Shown here piece by piece: positions 11,601-25,600 of a stretch of DNA of 64,000 nucleotides. The position numbers and the translations under genes are program-made. The notes below the pieces were generated by a model that saw only the letters and a program-made list of their open reading frames with translations, searched no databases and was not told the origin of the DNA. Origin of the DNA: Nymphaea colorata (lineage: Eukaryota); assembly GCF_008831285.2 (NCBI RefSeq), contig NC_045138.2, forward strand, positions 3,100,001 to 3,164,000, given 5' to 3'. Within the stretch, counting starts at the first letter, position 1, and the number at the start of each line of letters is the position of its first letter.

Positions 11601-14259
11601 ATATGATTTTGCATAATAGATATTTTCGAAATAGCCGTTCATGCTGCCTGGTTAGAAAGCGCTTTCACAATTAGCACAGTAAATGCTTATTGAACTAATA
11701 CGCAATTTGAATGGATCATGTGGCTTTCTGCTCTAAGATATGACACTGCATATAGCAATTGGGCAAACAAGACATTCTTTAAGTATAGCATATATCAGAA
11801 AATTACACATATTTTCTACGAAGTATAGAATACTTTAACGATAAAACCAAAAACATGTTGGGACGGAATAAACTAAATTTAGTTGGAGTTTCCTGCATAG
11901 TAAATTTAGGTGTTAGACCAAGACAACGTTAAAAGTGGCATTTTTGGGAGTGGGTTCTTAGACATCTAGTGTGATGCAACCAGCCGGATAAAAAGTTTGA
12001 TTCCGTGGGTAGAACCTTTTAGTTTTAGGAACCACGCATGCTGTCTGTCGTAATTACTTGATTCGACACTTCGACTGATCTTTTTTTTTCCCCTACCTAT
12101 GAAAGAGTGGAGCTCGTCTTCCCCAGAAGTTCCTTTGGTTAGAAGCCAATTTGGACGGTTTTCTTTTTCGCCGGTTACATACACCTTGGACTAAGTTACT
12201 TAAGTTTTCGTATGGGAAAGAGACGAAACTACCGAAGTGTCTCAACTCGTGACAGCTTCGGCCTTTGTCCAGTGTCTTCCGCAATCGGGAGACCCATTTG
12301 GCAGTGTCAGACGTTAGAACAAGAAAACCAATATTTTGGTAAATATGCTTCGCTATGTAAAGGTTATTTTTATCCACCACATTTTGACTCATGAATTCCT
12401 CTTCAACCATGTTATCAATCGACAAATCCGTTTCTTCCTGGTTGTGAATTACCACTTCATCCTTCACATTTGCTTTTGTAATGTAAATACATCTCTGTAT
12501 TATTTAACCATGATTACCAGCTCAACATAGTCATGCAATCAGCATGGGGCCGGTGTCGATTGAGAAATGTTTGCGTGTCCTTTTTTCTCAACCATTCACT
12601 TATTTCTCTGTTTTGTTGTATTTTCGTAAAAAAAAAGTTTAAATGTTTCAAGTTGGAGGTAAAAGGCTCTTTCGAAGAGCTTTAAAAAAAAGATCATGAA
12701 TTTGTCAATAGGTGAGAGAACGATGAATACGTCGATCTCCGATTAGATAGAGATGAATAAAAAACCGAACCTTTTTATTTTATTGATGTCATCGGACAGA
12801 AGTTTATTAGTACACGCCCAGAGTGGATCCCACATAACCTTGACGGGCACCAGTTTTACACTAATATAATGCCGTCTTAATGGGCAAGCTCCAAGAAGGG
12901 CTCTGTATTAATTGGGATGAGCCAAACCTCTCCTGCCCAATTGATTGTGAGCACCTACTTTGTGAGCATCTACCATGACAGACATGTCTTGATGGGACGC
13001 CATGGCAGGAGAAAGAGCCTGAACCGTTTTCTTCGGAAATACTTACCCATCGTACGACCGTGTAGGTGGTTTTGGTGCCAACCGTCTAAGTGGGCCCCGC
13101 TGCTAAGCTTACCTATCCTTTGCCCGCCCTCCCCCGTGGAAAATCCCGGAGTAAACTACTCCTACGTGCCAATGAAAGTTGGTCTACCCATGTCAGCACA
13201 GAGTGCGGGTCCCAATATGACCTCCATTGCACGTGAAGGCAACAGACTTGAGTGTCTCTGAACGGCCCAAAAAGCGTTCGGCGTTCCTGGCCTTCCATCA
13301 CCTATAGAAAGAACAACCAGGTCCCAAGGGAACCTGGACGGGAAAACGATTTGATGCCGTTGATCGCCAAGATGATGTTCCCTGTTTTATTTTAGGCGGA
13401 CGACTCGAACACGGCACCAGCAGAATAGATGGTTACAGTTTAGGCTTAGGCTTGAGGTGTTGGGATAAAGGGGTTGGATTTGGACCAAGTCGATATGTCC
13501 GAGACGGAGGCAGGACAAGCAAGAAAATACAAACACTGGAAGAACAGCAGAAACGAAACTCGAAATGGCTGACCCGTTTTAGACTACATATGATCGCATT
13601 CAACGGCAAAAGAAGGGTCCCACGGTTGGATTTCTGTTCCCGATTCCCTGAACTTGATACGCTTTCTTTTGCTGCAATAACATGTTTTGTCCTCAATAAG
13701 ACGCTTTTTGCAGGAGTGGCATAGCCACCTTATGGTTAGACTATAATGTTTCAGTCGCATACTTCAATTTATGTTTTTTAATTGAAGAATGCCGCTTTAG
13801 TGGCCCCTAGGTACTTCGTTGGGTGCCCCTCCCTAGATTATCTTTATCCTTTATCTTTTGTCTCGTAAAAGCAAAGATGGGACCCGAGTTCAATTTACAG
13901 TGATGTTAAAAAAAACCAATATTTTGCCATGTATAATTTTTCACGGCGGGAGCAAGGGTGGCATCAAATGTAAATCTAAGAGCCTATGATTTCATCAACT
14001 TTTAGATTTTAAATTCAACTTAAAAAACAATTTTTTGAAATTCTTTTCACATAATACGCTTAATAATTTTTAGTAATGGACAAATAAGAGTCTATAATTG
14101 TTTTTTTAGTTAAATGTTTTATATGTCATCTAGTTGTCTAGTTGTTATCACTCATTTTGTATGCCTACACTTATTTTATATGTCGTCTAGTTGTCTTTAG
14201 AAGCTTTTGAAAAATAATGTAGACAAGTATACATTTTTCATATAAAAAATAGTCAGATG

Positions 14260-14295
<36 letters not shown>

Positions 14296-17169
14296 AATTT
14301 ACGAAAGTCTATTACATTTTTCAATAACATGACAACGTGATATTGGTCGGTATTAAATATAAACGCTGTATAATATAAAGAACCTATAAAAAATTTTCTC
14401 ATCTTTTGATAATAAAAGGTCTAACTTCTTGCTTTTAAATGCTACTTCTCAGTTATTTACTCATTAAAAAATATATAACTTCTTTTTTTTTAAAAAAGTT
14501 TGATCTTCTTGTTATTTGAGTGGAAGCTTGTGTTGCCTTTTTAAAATTGTCTCTTCGCCACCACTTTTTGTGTAAAGCCAGCCAAATAGCTGAACGACCG
14601 TTGACTCCGTTTGTTCAAAAGCTATCCTTAAGTAAATTCATGTGAAGAAACAAAATCAGTGTTTTTGGAGTTCAATATATACATGACCTTGATTATGGCA
14701 GTTATACCACCATAACATGGTGGAATTGAGATCGGGTCACCACCTGGGTTGGGTGGTACATTATTGGTTTCATAATTTCAAAGACAAAAAAAAAAACTTT
14801 TCTAGTCTTATTTTTTGATACATTATTTTTTAGTTTCATGTGCTAAAGTTAATTGTAAGATAAATTGCTCGATCATTTTTGAGACACTTAAGGGTTCATG
14901 AAATCGTGAGCATCTGATTCGCCATGGTACCAAAATAAAAAATTTTCACATTAAGTTGATTAAAAACCTACAGTTTCGTGGGGTGAAAGAAATTAAAGTA
15001 GAGACATCCATATGGTTGGTTTAGAAATTTAACGCTTGGATAAACACAGATATACGCCTGTATGCTAATGAGGTGGGCCCACGCATGCAACATATGTATA
15101 TATAGTGGATGCTGCATATTGTTTCTCTACTCTGCTTTTTAATACTTACAAGGTAGCTTGTCTTGGACTCATTACGACGTCAAGCCGAAAGCTGGTTGGT
15201 GGCCGTAAGTGGGTGCTTTTGCATTTGGGTAGTGGATTTATTGGCAAATTAGCTAAGCTTATGATTAAAGAGTAGATAGGGGCCAATTATAGTGCAAATG
15301 CAAGATACCAACAGAAACTTATGAACCCTATTTCTGGTACGTATTTAAAAGCAGCTGTCCGTGGGGCTCATGGCCGGAAAAAGGACGTAAGTGACCTGTT
15401 TTTAGATGGCTTGGATGTAAGGCCCTTTTAGCTGAAGAATAAGCACGCTATTCTCTTGGCCAAACATTAACAATAGTGGCAAAAGTAAGACGTGGAGTGC
15501 ACCATGCATCACCCTCGATGTATGATACGAGTCCTTCTAACCCATTCTTGGGAGGCCCCTGGTCCATTTTTAAGAAATACGTGCCATGCTTATGCATGAA
15601 TCTGTTGCACACGTGCACGCATATAATTCAGTTTAAAAGGCTTTTTACGTTTACAAATCATAGAAATGTAAGCATTCATGGTCTACCATGTCTTATATTT
15701 GGTAGAATACCTTCCTGTATCAGTTTATAATTCAGTGGACTTGTTTTCCCACTGGTAAACCTTGGGTGGATAAGGACTACCATGCCTACCACTCGGAGTT
15801 AGATAATGACGGGGACTAAACATAACCCTGCCACTTGTTTCTGTCCTAATGGAAAGGTGGGGTTTCGCATGCTGGGGAGCAAGATAAATGAATCTCTTAC
15901 AAAATGAAAATCTTGAGAAGGCGGTGCGCGAATAAATTTTAAAGAAAAGCAGTCGGAGATCACGGCACTGACAGAAAAATCAAATTAAAATCAATAGAAA
16001 TGAAAAATACCAGTACCCAGCAATCAAAGGCCTCTTTTAGAGTACATATACCTTTCAGACAAAACCCTGAGTTTAATTGTCTGAAGTCAAAGAACCAAGT
16101 GGGCTGTAAATTTGTAATCTGGAAACAGTATACTTGTGGAGTTGGGTTTTTTTCCTGGAGACACCGTTTAACTGAGCCGTGCGTGTTCTTATTTGGACAG
16201 GTTGCTTGTAGCTGTCGAAGAATCTGGGAGCAGAGGCTGCGCCACATAGCCAAAGGTAAATAATTTATTTGAAGAATGACTTGTTACTTGCATTAGCCCC
16301 TCTCTTCCTTCACACTTTTCGGTCAATGATTCCTGAACGCAATAACACGTGAGTGGGCCCGATGTGCAACTTCAAAATTTGTGGGGAATTTAAGATACGA
16401 ACGTAACTTTTTAAAGTATTTTAATCTGCGAAAATTATTGTCCGATTATTAATGTTTCTTATGGAATAATGTTAGAAGTACTGAAATAACCATTCAAAGA
16501 ATCCACATGCACTTTGTCCCCTTGACAGCTTCTGTCGCCCCCGCTACCTTGCACCAATTAAGCAGATACACAAAGAAAGTCAAGTCCTTAGGTTCCAAGA
16601 CGTTCGTTGGTTTTCAGATCTCGATTTTCTCGTTTGAGGACAATAATAATTCCTCGTGTTCTTTTTCTCCCTTTTTTGTGCGCTAGGCTTCCTATTCAAC
16701 TCTGGGTTTTTAGAAGGACCATGAAAAATAGCAAACAGTATCTTCTGGAAAAAAGAAAAAGATACAAATTTTACTGCCTGTGGATTCATTTTGGTTGATG
16801 GCGATTGTCCATCCATGCGCCATGTGAGTCCATTAAAAAGGAGTAGTTTCAATTGGTTGCTCACCACAATCCTCCATTTCTTTACTTATTTTTTTTGGCC
16901 TCCAAATTTAAGTCCTTTTCATTCTATGGCTTTGAGCGAAACTGTTCTTCCTTTCACCGCAAGTTCAGCAGTCAACGCGTTACTCGATAATCTTTGGCAA
17001 CATAATTTACGACTCCTTAAGTCTAATAATTTATGATTGAATATTCTAAACGATGACCTTATACTGCTCTAAGAGAGAGAAAAGAAAAAAAAAGGAAGAA
17101 GTAGTGAACATTAAGTCTTAGAGCATCCCCTCACTTTTGTTTCTTCTTGAAAATCTGCGTCTTTGGTAC

Positions 17170-17555
17170 AAAGATCGGACTTGAATCAAGCACACTCTAA
17201 AAATCTAAATCATATCCATTTTATCCGATTTTCATATATTTATATTTAAATATGAATGAAGGAAAATCATATCCGAATCTGAAAGATCTGATTTCACAAT
17301 CTCAATCAGATCTTTATCTGATTTTTATATTTACAGCTGAATCCGAATTTTGAACCAAAGCTGACTGACTGTTAGGTTTAGTTTGACATAGAATATTTGT
17401 TTAAAACTAAAAACTCTATATCCGATTTGATATTTTACCTATATCCAAATTCAAAGCTCTTCATCATATACTAATCTTTTTTTTTTCTATATCCAATCTT
17501 TTCAAAGCTGCTTGGTTGGATATCCGATCATCAAATGTGATATATTGAGATCCTA
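17170..17555. mobile_element. MITE family A, degenerate
   Basis: Colinear similarity to 7822-8232, ending TATTGAGATCCTA. Confidence 0.55.
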
Positions 17556-20500
17556 GAGGTGATTGAGATGCCAACAAAAGCTACGCAAGAAATTCATGCT
17601 AAAACAAACAAAAGAGGTGCACTGATTATGAACAAAAGGACAAAAAAGACGGGTGGCCCATAAAAAGGGCAAAGGGAAGGTGGAGGGTGATCTCTAGGCT
17701 GGCCAATGGTAATGGCTCCACAAGGTTTCCTTTTTTATTTTTAAACCAGCCTGTGGTCCGGTTTGGAACTTTGGCCCCATTATAAAAGTATTTAATGGGT
17801 GTTAACTACGTGGCAGCTCTAAGATCCACAGAACGAGGTGCCAAGTCCTTTTTCCTTCATAGTGATCCCTCCTTATTAGTTTTTTATTCTTTGGATCTAT
17901 AAACTTCATTTTAAAGTTTCAAAGACGTCTTTTTTTCATAACCATGACAAACGCTTGGATTTAAATTATCAAGTAAAAAGACGAGGTCGGTCGTATCTTA
18001 AGGATGACCTAGACATAAATGGAGAGGTAAATATTATTTTAGAAGCAACCATGAAGATCATAATTTTACTATGGACAATTAACTTAGTGCAAACCTTAAT
18101 TTCTCTCCATGGGAAGAGAATGAACTAGAAGACTCAAGCAGATTAGAATTGCGTTCTTCGTTATGCATGCTAGAGCATTAAATGACAACGCATTTGAGGG
18201 AGGAGAATTTGCCATGATTAAAAATGTTGTTTTGAACCGCGATGCGGAAAAAATTTGTGTCCTGAAGTTTATGAAAACAAGGATGAATTTAAACAAGAAA
18301 GATAATTCCTTGGAATAACGGATTACAATGGAAAAGAAACTTTGCAGCGTTTGGATAACATCCTAAAGAAAATCATTTTGTAAAAATCAGGTTTTGTTAA
18401 ACTTGGGTTTTTAATCAATTTTTGAAACTTGATTCGTGTGCTTTGGTGGCACGCAGTTACAACAACCATTTGTTGTGATTGTTTTGTCACAGTCATCCAA
18501 ACACACCTAAACGGTGTTTGTTTGGAGGCAACTTTTTGCCTCCAAAACGGCAGACCGTCATAGTTTACCGGCCATTTCGGCATTTCCTCATTATCTTGCC
18601 GGATGGGAATCGCAGGAGCCTTTTCCATATGAAGGCAAAAGTTGATAGTAAATCACGCTTATATGGATCTTTCTGTGCGATGTGTTCTTCAATTTAAAAT
18701 CTGTTTGAATGCCAAAAAACAAAGTCCTAGACTCCAAAACAGTTTACAGCTGATTCCTTGTAAATTAAGGTCTTTATTATATCTTGCTTAGTTTCAGCTC
18801 ATCCATTTTTTGCGGCTTGTTGGTTCTTTTTAAGTATATGCTAAGTGCTAATTAAAGATTCAAATAATTTGTGCCATATTTAAGTATATTGCTTTAGTAT
18901 GTTAAACAAAATTTCTAGCAACTTTTAGTTCGTACGTTTGTTTTAAGGGTATTTACGTCCTTAATTTTGGAGAAACAATGAATTAAGGTTTTGAGCAGCG
19001 AATATAGCAATATATGAGGTAAGAGAAAAAAATTAGGAAAAACTAATGAATAGCTAGGTAGCATTCCGTTAGTAACAATGAAGGTCAGTATGAACTATGC
19101 TTGTCAAAAATTTGCGATTGGAGGAACAAGAACTTGGCATCATTTTGCTGGTAAAATGCTCTTCAATTTCAAGGCAAACACACAGCCCATCATGATGACT
19201 GAGATTATATATCTGATTGCGAGTATCACTAAATTGAACAGAAATATAGCATTTTGTGTGGGTTAAATAAAAGGAACGCTTCCAACGTGCCGTAGTTTTC
19301 TTGAAGATAAACTTTTGCCTCTTTCTCTGTATATTATCCGTCTCTACGTTTTATGGCAGCTCATTTCAGATTTCGCGAGATTTGTTTTCGTTTCACATAA
19401 AATGCTTATTTTGATAATAGTTCTTTAATGCCAAGCCACTTTACGGGCCAAACCTAGCTTTGCGTAGCGACACCATCACGCGTGCCTTAGATACCTCGAC
19501 ACCATGCCCAGATGATTTGATCTTCACTTCTTCACTTTAATATCTGATCACTCCAATCTCTAACCACGATATTGCAATCGAGATTAGCAATATGGAACCA
19601 TATGATTCCTTCATTATGACCATGTTTCCTCTTTTGTGTCCCAATTAATGGCTATGTCTCATGACAGATCAATCTTGACTCTTGAGATCCTCCTATAGAA
19701 CAAGGAACCACCATTAGTTTGTCACAATCCCGGAAACAAGCTTTGTTCCATCCACCAAGCTCTTTCCAACCAAGCCTACTCCTTGCCAGTGGATCTATCA
19801 TTGAGGAAATGCCAGCTCACCGTCTATCTGCGAAGGAGCATGTTCTGATCATCTGCTAAATCATTCTTCCTGAGAGATTTTACATTCTCACCTTCAGTTG
19901 GTTTTATCCAACCACTTCCAATGGAAGTGGGTGGATCTACATCAATAATGCTTATAGCAGAAACTGTCTAGTGTCTATCATAAAAATGGATGGTGGAGAT
20001 TGAATCTTCTCCCACTATTATGATCTGCCATTCAGTAGTTAACTGTTCACTGGTTGTTTTTTTCCCCAATAATTGTTTGCTCCTCTGACCTGTGCAAGTC
20101 GCGGCCAATCAGTTGCCCTTGTTAGAAAATTAAAAGAAAAAACTAAAGGAAATGGATCCCCGGTTTCTGGCAGACGATGGTGTGGCTGCAGACCCTCCAG
20201 TGACGAGAACTTATTGGGGAGAAGAAAAGAAGCTGCTAGTAGAGGACAAGGGTTGTGTCAAAGCAGCATGATGCATGCGTTTCGCGTGTCAGTGGAGGGT
20301 CGGATGTGAGATGTTCGACATTTTCTTTTCCTACTTTGCCTAACGCATTGAAGTAGACTTTTCCCATTCCAATATGTAGGCCCCATGCTTGATAAAACTT
20401 GCCGCGTATTGGTCCAAGACTTGATTTTACTCCTGCCACAAAATGCAGATCGAGAGAGAGGACACAGAATCAAATCCACGAGCCAAAAAAACACATAGAT

Positions 20501-22692
20501 TTGGACACATCACGCTGTTTAGTTGGCAGATTGAAGGGCAAATTTGGATATCGCCAGTGGAGAACGAACATTTCAGAAGTTATCCCACCGCCGTTCTTGA
20601 CTATTCGGCTGTAATCTGAATACCGTTCAACTGTAAGTGTAGTTGAATGGTCAGAATTGCTGTAGACAAGGGCATAGTTAGGAGTTTTTAATTATAAAAG
20701 TTGAATTATAATTTTAAAATTTTTTATATAGACTAAACAAAAACTTTTAAAATTTATAATTAAAATTTTGATTCCAATCTGACAGGAGCCATGGTCCTTA
20801 CCGGTTTCCCTGAATTTATTTGCCGACTGTAGAGAAGCAGGAGAGTTGCTCCCCAAGTCTCTGCATAAAAGATGTCCAACGAACTAAGTACCTAATTAAT
20901 CTAACCAGAACAAAGAAAATTAAAGAAGAAGAAAATTGAAAAAGAAGTTAGGACAAGTGGCTCATAATTACTTCACTAGGTTTGCTGAATAACTGCATCC
21001 CCTCTTATCTATATATACATAAAAAAACAGGAAAGTCAGATAAGGTTATATAAGCTCCAGACCGTCGCATAATTGACAGTGTTTCATTCTAGTAAGTACT
21101 ATTTTTATGGACTACAAAATAATGAGTGCACGATACTGAGTTCAAAGCGTAAATCACCCAAATCTTGACGCAACCATAAACCCTAAAAATGAATCGGGGG
21201 TGTTGCCCCTTACAAACCGCCAATAAGATAAAATCTCTTTTCCTGAACAGATAAAAGAATCTGGAAGCAAGAAAGAGGCGCTTGCCAATTGCAAACCGCC
21301 AAACATTAATAAATAGCTTTTCTTGAGAGTCGGTAGCTGTTATCATCATATAAGCCAGAATAACTAACGTAATCAAATTAAAAATTCTTATTTTGCGTGT
21401 ATGGGGCACAAAGAAAAGGAGCACGGTCTCGTGGCGATAGGATCATAGGAGACCAGGCACCCTCTCTCTCTGTCTCTCCTTTTTCTTGCTTTTTGTTAGT
21501 GTAATTTCTCGTGAACGGACGTAACAGGAGTCGAGAACTCTAGTAAGATCCTACCTGTAGGGCAAATCTGTCCATCTCAGCGCTGGACGTCCGTGTGGAA
21601 GCTTACTTTCTTTCAGTCTCCTACAGGCTACAACGTGGCCACCTACAACTGTTTGGGCCCATCTTCCGTTGTCTCCTTCGACATTATGTACAACAAACTG
21701 CAAAAATTAAATATGCTCCCCCAATGCGGTTCCACACATTCATGATTCAACCATTCCTCCCTTCAACGTTGTGGTCGGTGGCCGGCCTTCTCATTGACCC
21801 TTCTCCACGAACCCAAACTTTCTTCCTCGTATGGTTAATGCCGAGTACCGTCATGGTGATGACTCTTGCATCCTGAGACTAAAATTTTGAGAGTGCAGAT
21901 GTTATTGTTTCTCGGATTCTGGTCTCTTTATTCTTTTAAATGCAAAGACAGTTTTCTCTGAAGTGTTTTCCGGATATCGTGAGCGTCCATCTCGTGCTAT
22001 TTGAAGAGGAAACTTTCAAGCTGCATTTTCGTCAAGTTGCTGTTCTGTTTTCTTCCGTCTAGCAAGAGAGGCAATATTAGAGTGCCTTTCCCAGCAAATT
22101 ATCCATGACCAACTTCTCCAAAATCGTTATGTTATTATTTGATCGTCATCGGGGTTTCGCTGAGACATGAAAAGGAGGTACCGTGGATATAGTGGATATA
22201 AAGTGCTGTTGTTTTAGTCTTTGGGTTCTTTACATTTGAATCCTTTTCTGTTTTTTCTGTTTCCTGAAAAATGCGATCCCACTGTTCATTGCAAAGAAGG
22301 CAATGGCGACATCATAGGAAACTTTTTAGGTTCGTTAAGAGGATCCTGAAAAAGTGGCCAGATATGGCTTTTTTTTTTTATTGCTTGGTGATAATTCTCT
22401 TTCCGGAATTTGAGGTACCGCTCGTCATCTTTGTCTTGCCATTCTGAATTTCTGTTTGATGATCTTTAACACAAAGTATCTAAATTTTTCTTACGGAAAG
22501 CCTATAATAAGTGGAAATGCTTCATCTTATTCTTCTTTTTCTTAGGGCAACTCTTGAATTATTCATATAGTTGTGTACCTTTCTCTGCAGGAGCCGGAGT
22601 CTAGGTGTGATTCTGGCGCGCTTTAGAAAACTTTGGTGATCGGAGATATTTCTGTATTGGTGGGAAAAGGAAAAAAAAACAACTGAAGAGCT

Positions 22693-25600
22693 ATGGAGGT
22701 GGATAAGGATGTACTTGATATAGAAAATGATGGGATGGAAGAAGCAAAGGGCATGGAGAGATGGGAGTCCGGAGATTCTGACAGGTGCCATTTGAGGGAG
22801 CCTCTCCTTGTTCACAGGAGGAACACAACGTCGCAGTTGGCCATAGTGGGAGCGAATGTCTGCCCTGTGGAGAGTTTGGATTATGAGTAAGTATATCAAA
22901 ACTTTTCAATATTTCCTGAAGTGGTAAACGAATAAGACTAGCGATTCTTTTTCCGTCGGTCCCTCTTCTTTGTTTGTGCCAATATCGCCTTTCATTCGTC
23001 CAGATTCCAAAACGGCTGGGATTCTTTTTTCATATATGAAAGTTCCTGAAAGCTGGTACTCCTTGTTATCTGTAACACCTTCGCTACAGAAAACTAAGAG
23101 CAACCCCTTAAACAACCTGCGGTTCTTTACTGTAGTATCTTGAGGCTAGAGCTGAGTAGCATTACATCTCTTTCATGTTCTATGGGCAATCTTTCGACTA
23201 TATATTGACGAAGCCAAAGATGGTCGTGAACTTGGGAACGTGTATTGAAGTCGAATTTCAAGTCTTTAACTACATCCTTTGTTTCCAACATCCTGCTCCA
23301 GCATTAGAAGAAGGCATGATTCGACCTGATGGCCATGTAACAATTTTCTGGGCAGGTTCAGTGTATCCTTGGATAAATGGCTGAAAAAATACGTTTATAC
23401 CTGATTTGCTATCTGGAAATAACCTTGATAATAAGCAAATGTGTTTCAACTTGCCATCAAATCCTTATTTTCTGCATTTGCAGGATTGTGGAAAATGATG
23501 TATTCAAGGAAGATTGGAGGTCAAGAAAGAAAGTGCAGATATTTCAGTATGTTGTTCTCAAGTGGACTTTGGCTCTTCTCATAGGCTTGAGTACCGGGCT
23601 TGTTGGTTTCTTCAATAATCTGGCAGTCGAAAACATTGCAGGGTTTAAGTTGCTAATGACTAGCAATCTCATGCTTGAGAATAGGTAAGAGTTCTTTTCG
23701 CTCCATGACATGGAGTATATTCTTCAGCTTCTACATATTCATTAGTTTGACCAAATGTTAAAACCACGGAATTTGTTAAGACTGGCCACTGGCATGCTCG
23801 TTAGGGAACCAATAGCAGCTTCAGCAAATGATGAACTTATCTGGTATCAAAAGGCATGGCCAAAATTTGGTTAAATACTGATACCGTTAGGTAAATGTTG
23901 TTGATCCCTAAGTCATAGAAAAAATGTTTTTTTCACTTCTGGCCCCAGGAAAATGAATGAAAAATTCTTTGCTTCTTAATTGTTGTATGCCTTTGCTCAA
24001 ACACTAATTTGCCAAAACTATCTATAAATTATTCCTAACCTTAGATTTCTTGCAAAGGCATTATTCAGTGGCACTACGTTATTGTCAACTGTATAACTGT
24101 CAGATAGGTGTTGGCGTGGTTGTGGTCTTGTGTGCAAAAAAAAAAAATTTAAAGACCTAGGGTAAAAATTAAGTTTAAAGTAAACATATGTAGTTGACTA
24201 CAGTTTTCGTAGTTGAAATTGAATTTTGTAAGTCGAAGCAGCACCAGCACACAGCGAGTATGGCATGGGTGCAGCAGGCTCCTTAAGGAATCTGTATTAT
24301 GTAGCTGTATAGTCAGATCTTGACTTATTCAAACCCTTAGAATTTGGCTTGGGATGTAAGCATGATGGTCCTTGGGATTTTTCCAGTGCAGGTATCTATT
24401 GGCGTTCTTTGCTTACAGTGGTTGTAATCTGGTTTTGGCAGCATTTGCTGCTATCATTTGTGCGTACATTGCCCCAGCAGCAGCTGGTTCTGGCATTCCT
24501 GAAGTCAAATCTTATCTAAATGGAGTGGACGCTCCTTCCATTCTTGCACCTAGCACTCTCTTTGTAAAGGTACACAAAGCAACTTCATTTGCACTTTCTT
24601 ACCAAACTTTTGTCATTTATGCATATATATGCATCATAGGCAGGAATCTCGTGTTAGACTAAATGAACCTTCTTATGTCAAAGTACGTGGAGGTGAAAAT
24701 GAAGAACATCAATAGGGAGAGTATCCTTCGATTGCATAAGATGAAAAAGACAGCTTAGATGCAAGAAACACCAATGAATATTGAATAGCCTTACTTCATC
24801 CATGGAAAAGTTCTCCATGGCTGCTTTTCCAGCCCTTCGCACCTCCTAAACTCCACCTAGTTCCAATTTGAGGGCTAAACATTCAAAAATTCTCAAAAAC
24901 TGCTTCATATTTCACAATAATTCGAGGCACTACCCTCTGGAACACTTATTTTAAAGGGCCATGTTGCAGGTCTATGAATTTTCTCAGTAGATGGGTGTCT
25001 AATTTATGTCAGCTTGAGATTTGTGCTGAAAATGAAATCTAAACTGATGCAGATTTTTGGTTCTATTGGTGGAGTGTCTGCTGGTTTTGTTATTGGCAAG
25101 GAAGGCCCCATGGTGCACACAGGTGCCTGTATTGCTTCATTACTGGGTCAGGGAGGTTCACGCAAATACCATCTAACATGGACATGGCTTCGTTACTTCA
25201 AGAATGACAGAGACAGGCGTGATTTAGTCACATGTGGTTCTGCAGCTGGTGTTGCTGCTGCATTTCGTGCCCCTGTCGGTGGTGTCCTCTTTGCACTTGA
25301 AGAAGCAGCTTCATGGTAAGTATCAGTCATCTGATGGGTATCATTCGGTTGTAGTCTACTTACTAATGCACCCTGGATGCCAACCGTTCAGCTCAAAGCT
25401 CTGTAGCCAAAAGGCAGATTAGGATAGTTGTTGAGAATATAACCACAGACCACTAGCATCTACCAGTCTGGCAGGGTGAGAATAGAATGGGTATTGTTAG
25501 CTGATTGTCACATGGAATGCTATGTAGGTGTTCATTTCAAGTCCACTTGAAAGTAACGACCTAGGATATAGTGTGAGTTTTGCATGGGTATTGAAAAGAG

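Noticed and set aside
19480..20040. Moderately GC sequence suggestive of a decayed retroelement (similarly 12800-13450 and 45200-45700)
   Set aside because: No RT, integrase or gag motifs, LTR termini or TSD could be identified by eye; needs a repeat-library search.
21558..21580. TAGGGCAAATCT resembles a miR399 target site (a similar word occurs near 22542)
   Set aside because: The seed-pairing half (CCTTTGGCA) is absent.
21958..21978. CTGAAGTGTTT... resembles the miR395 5' half
   Set aside because: About 5 mismatches in the 3' half and no hairpin partner.
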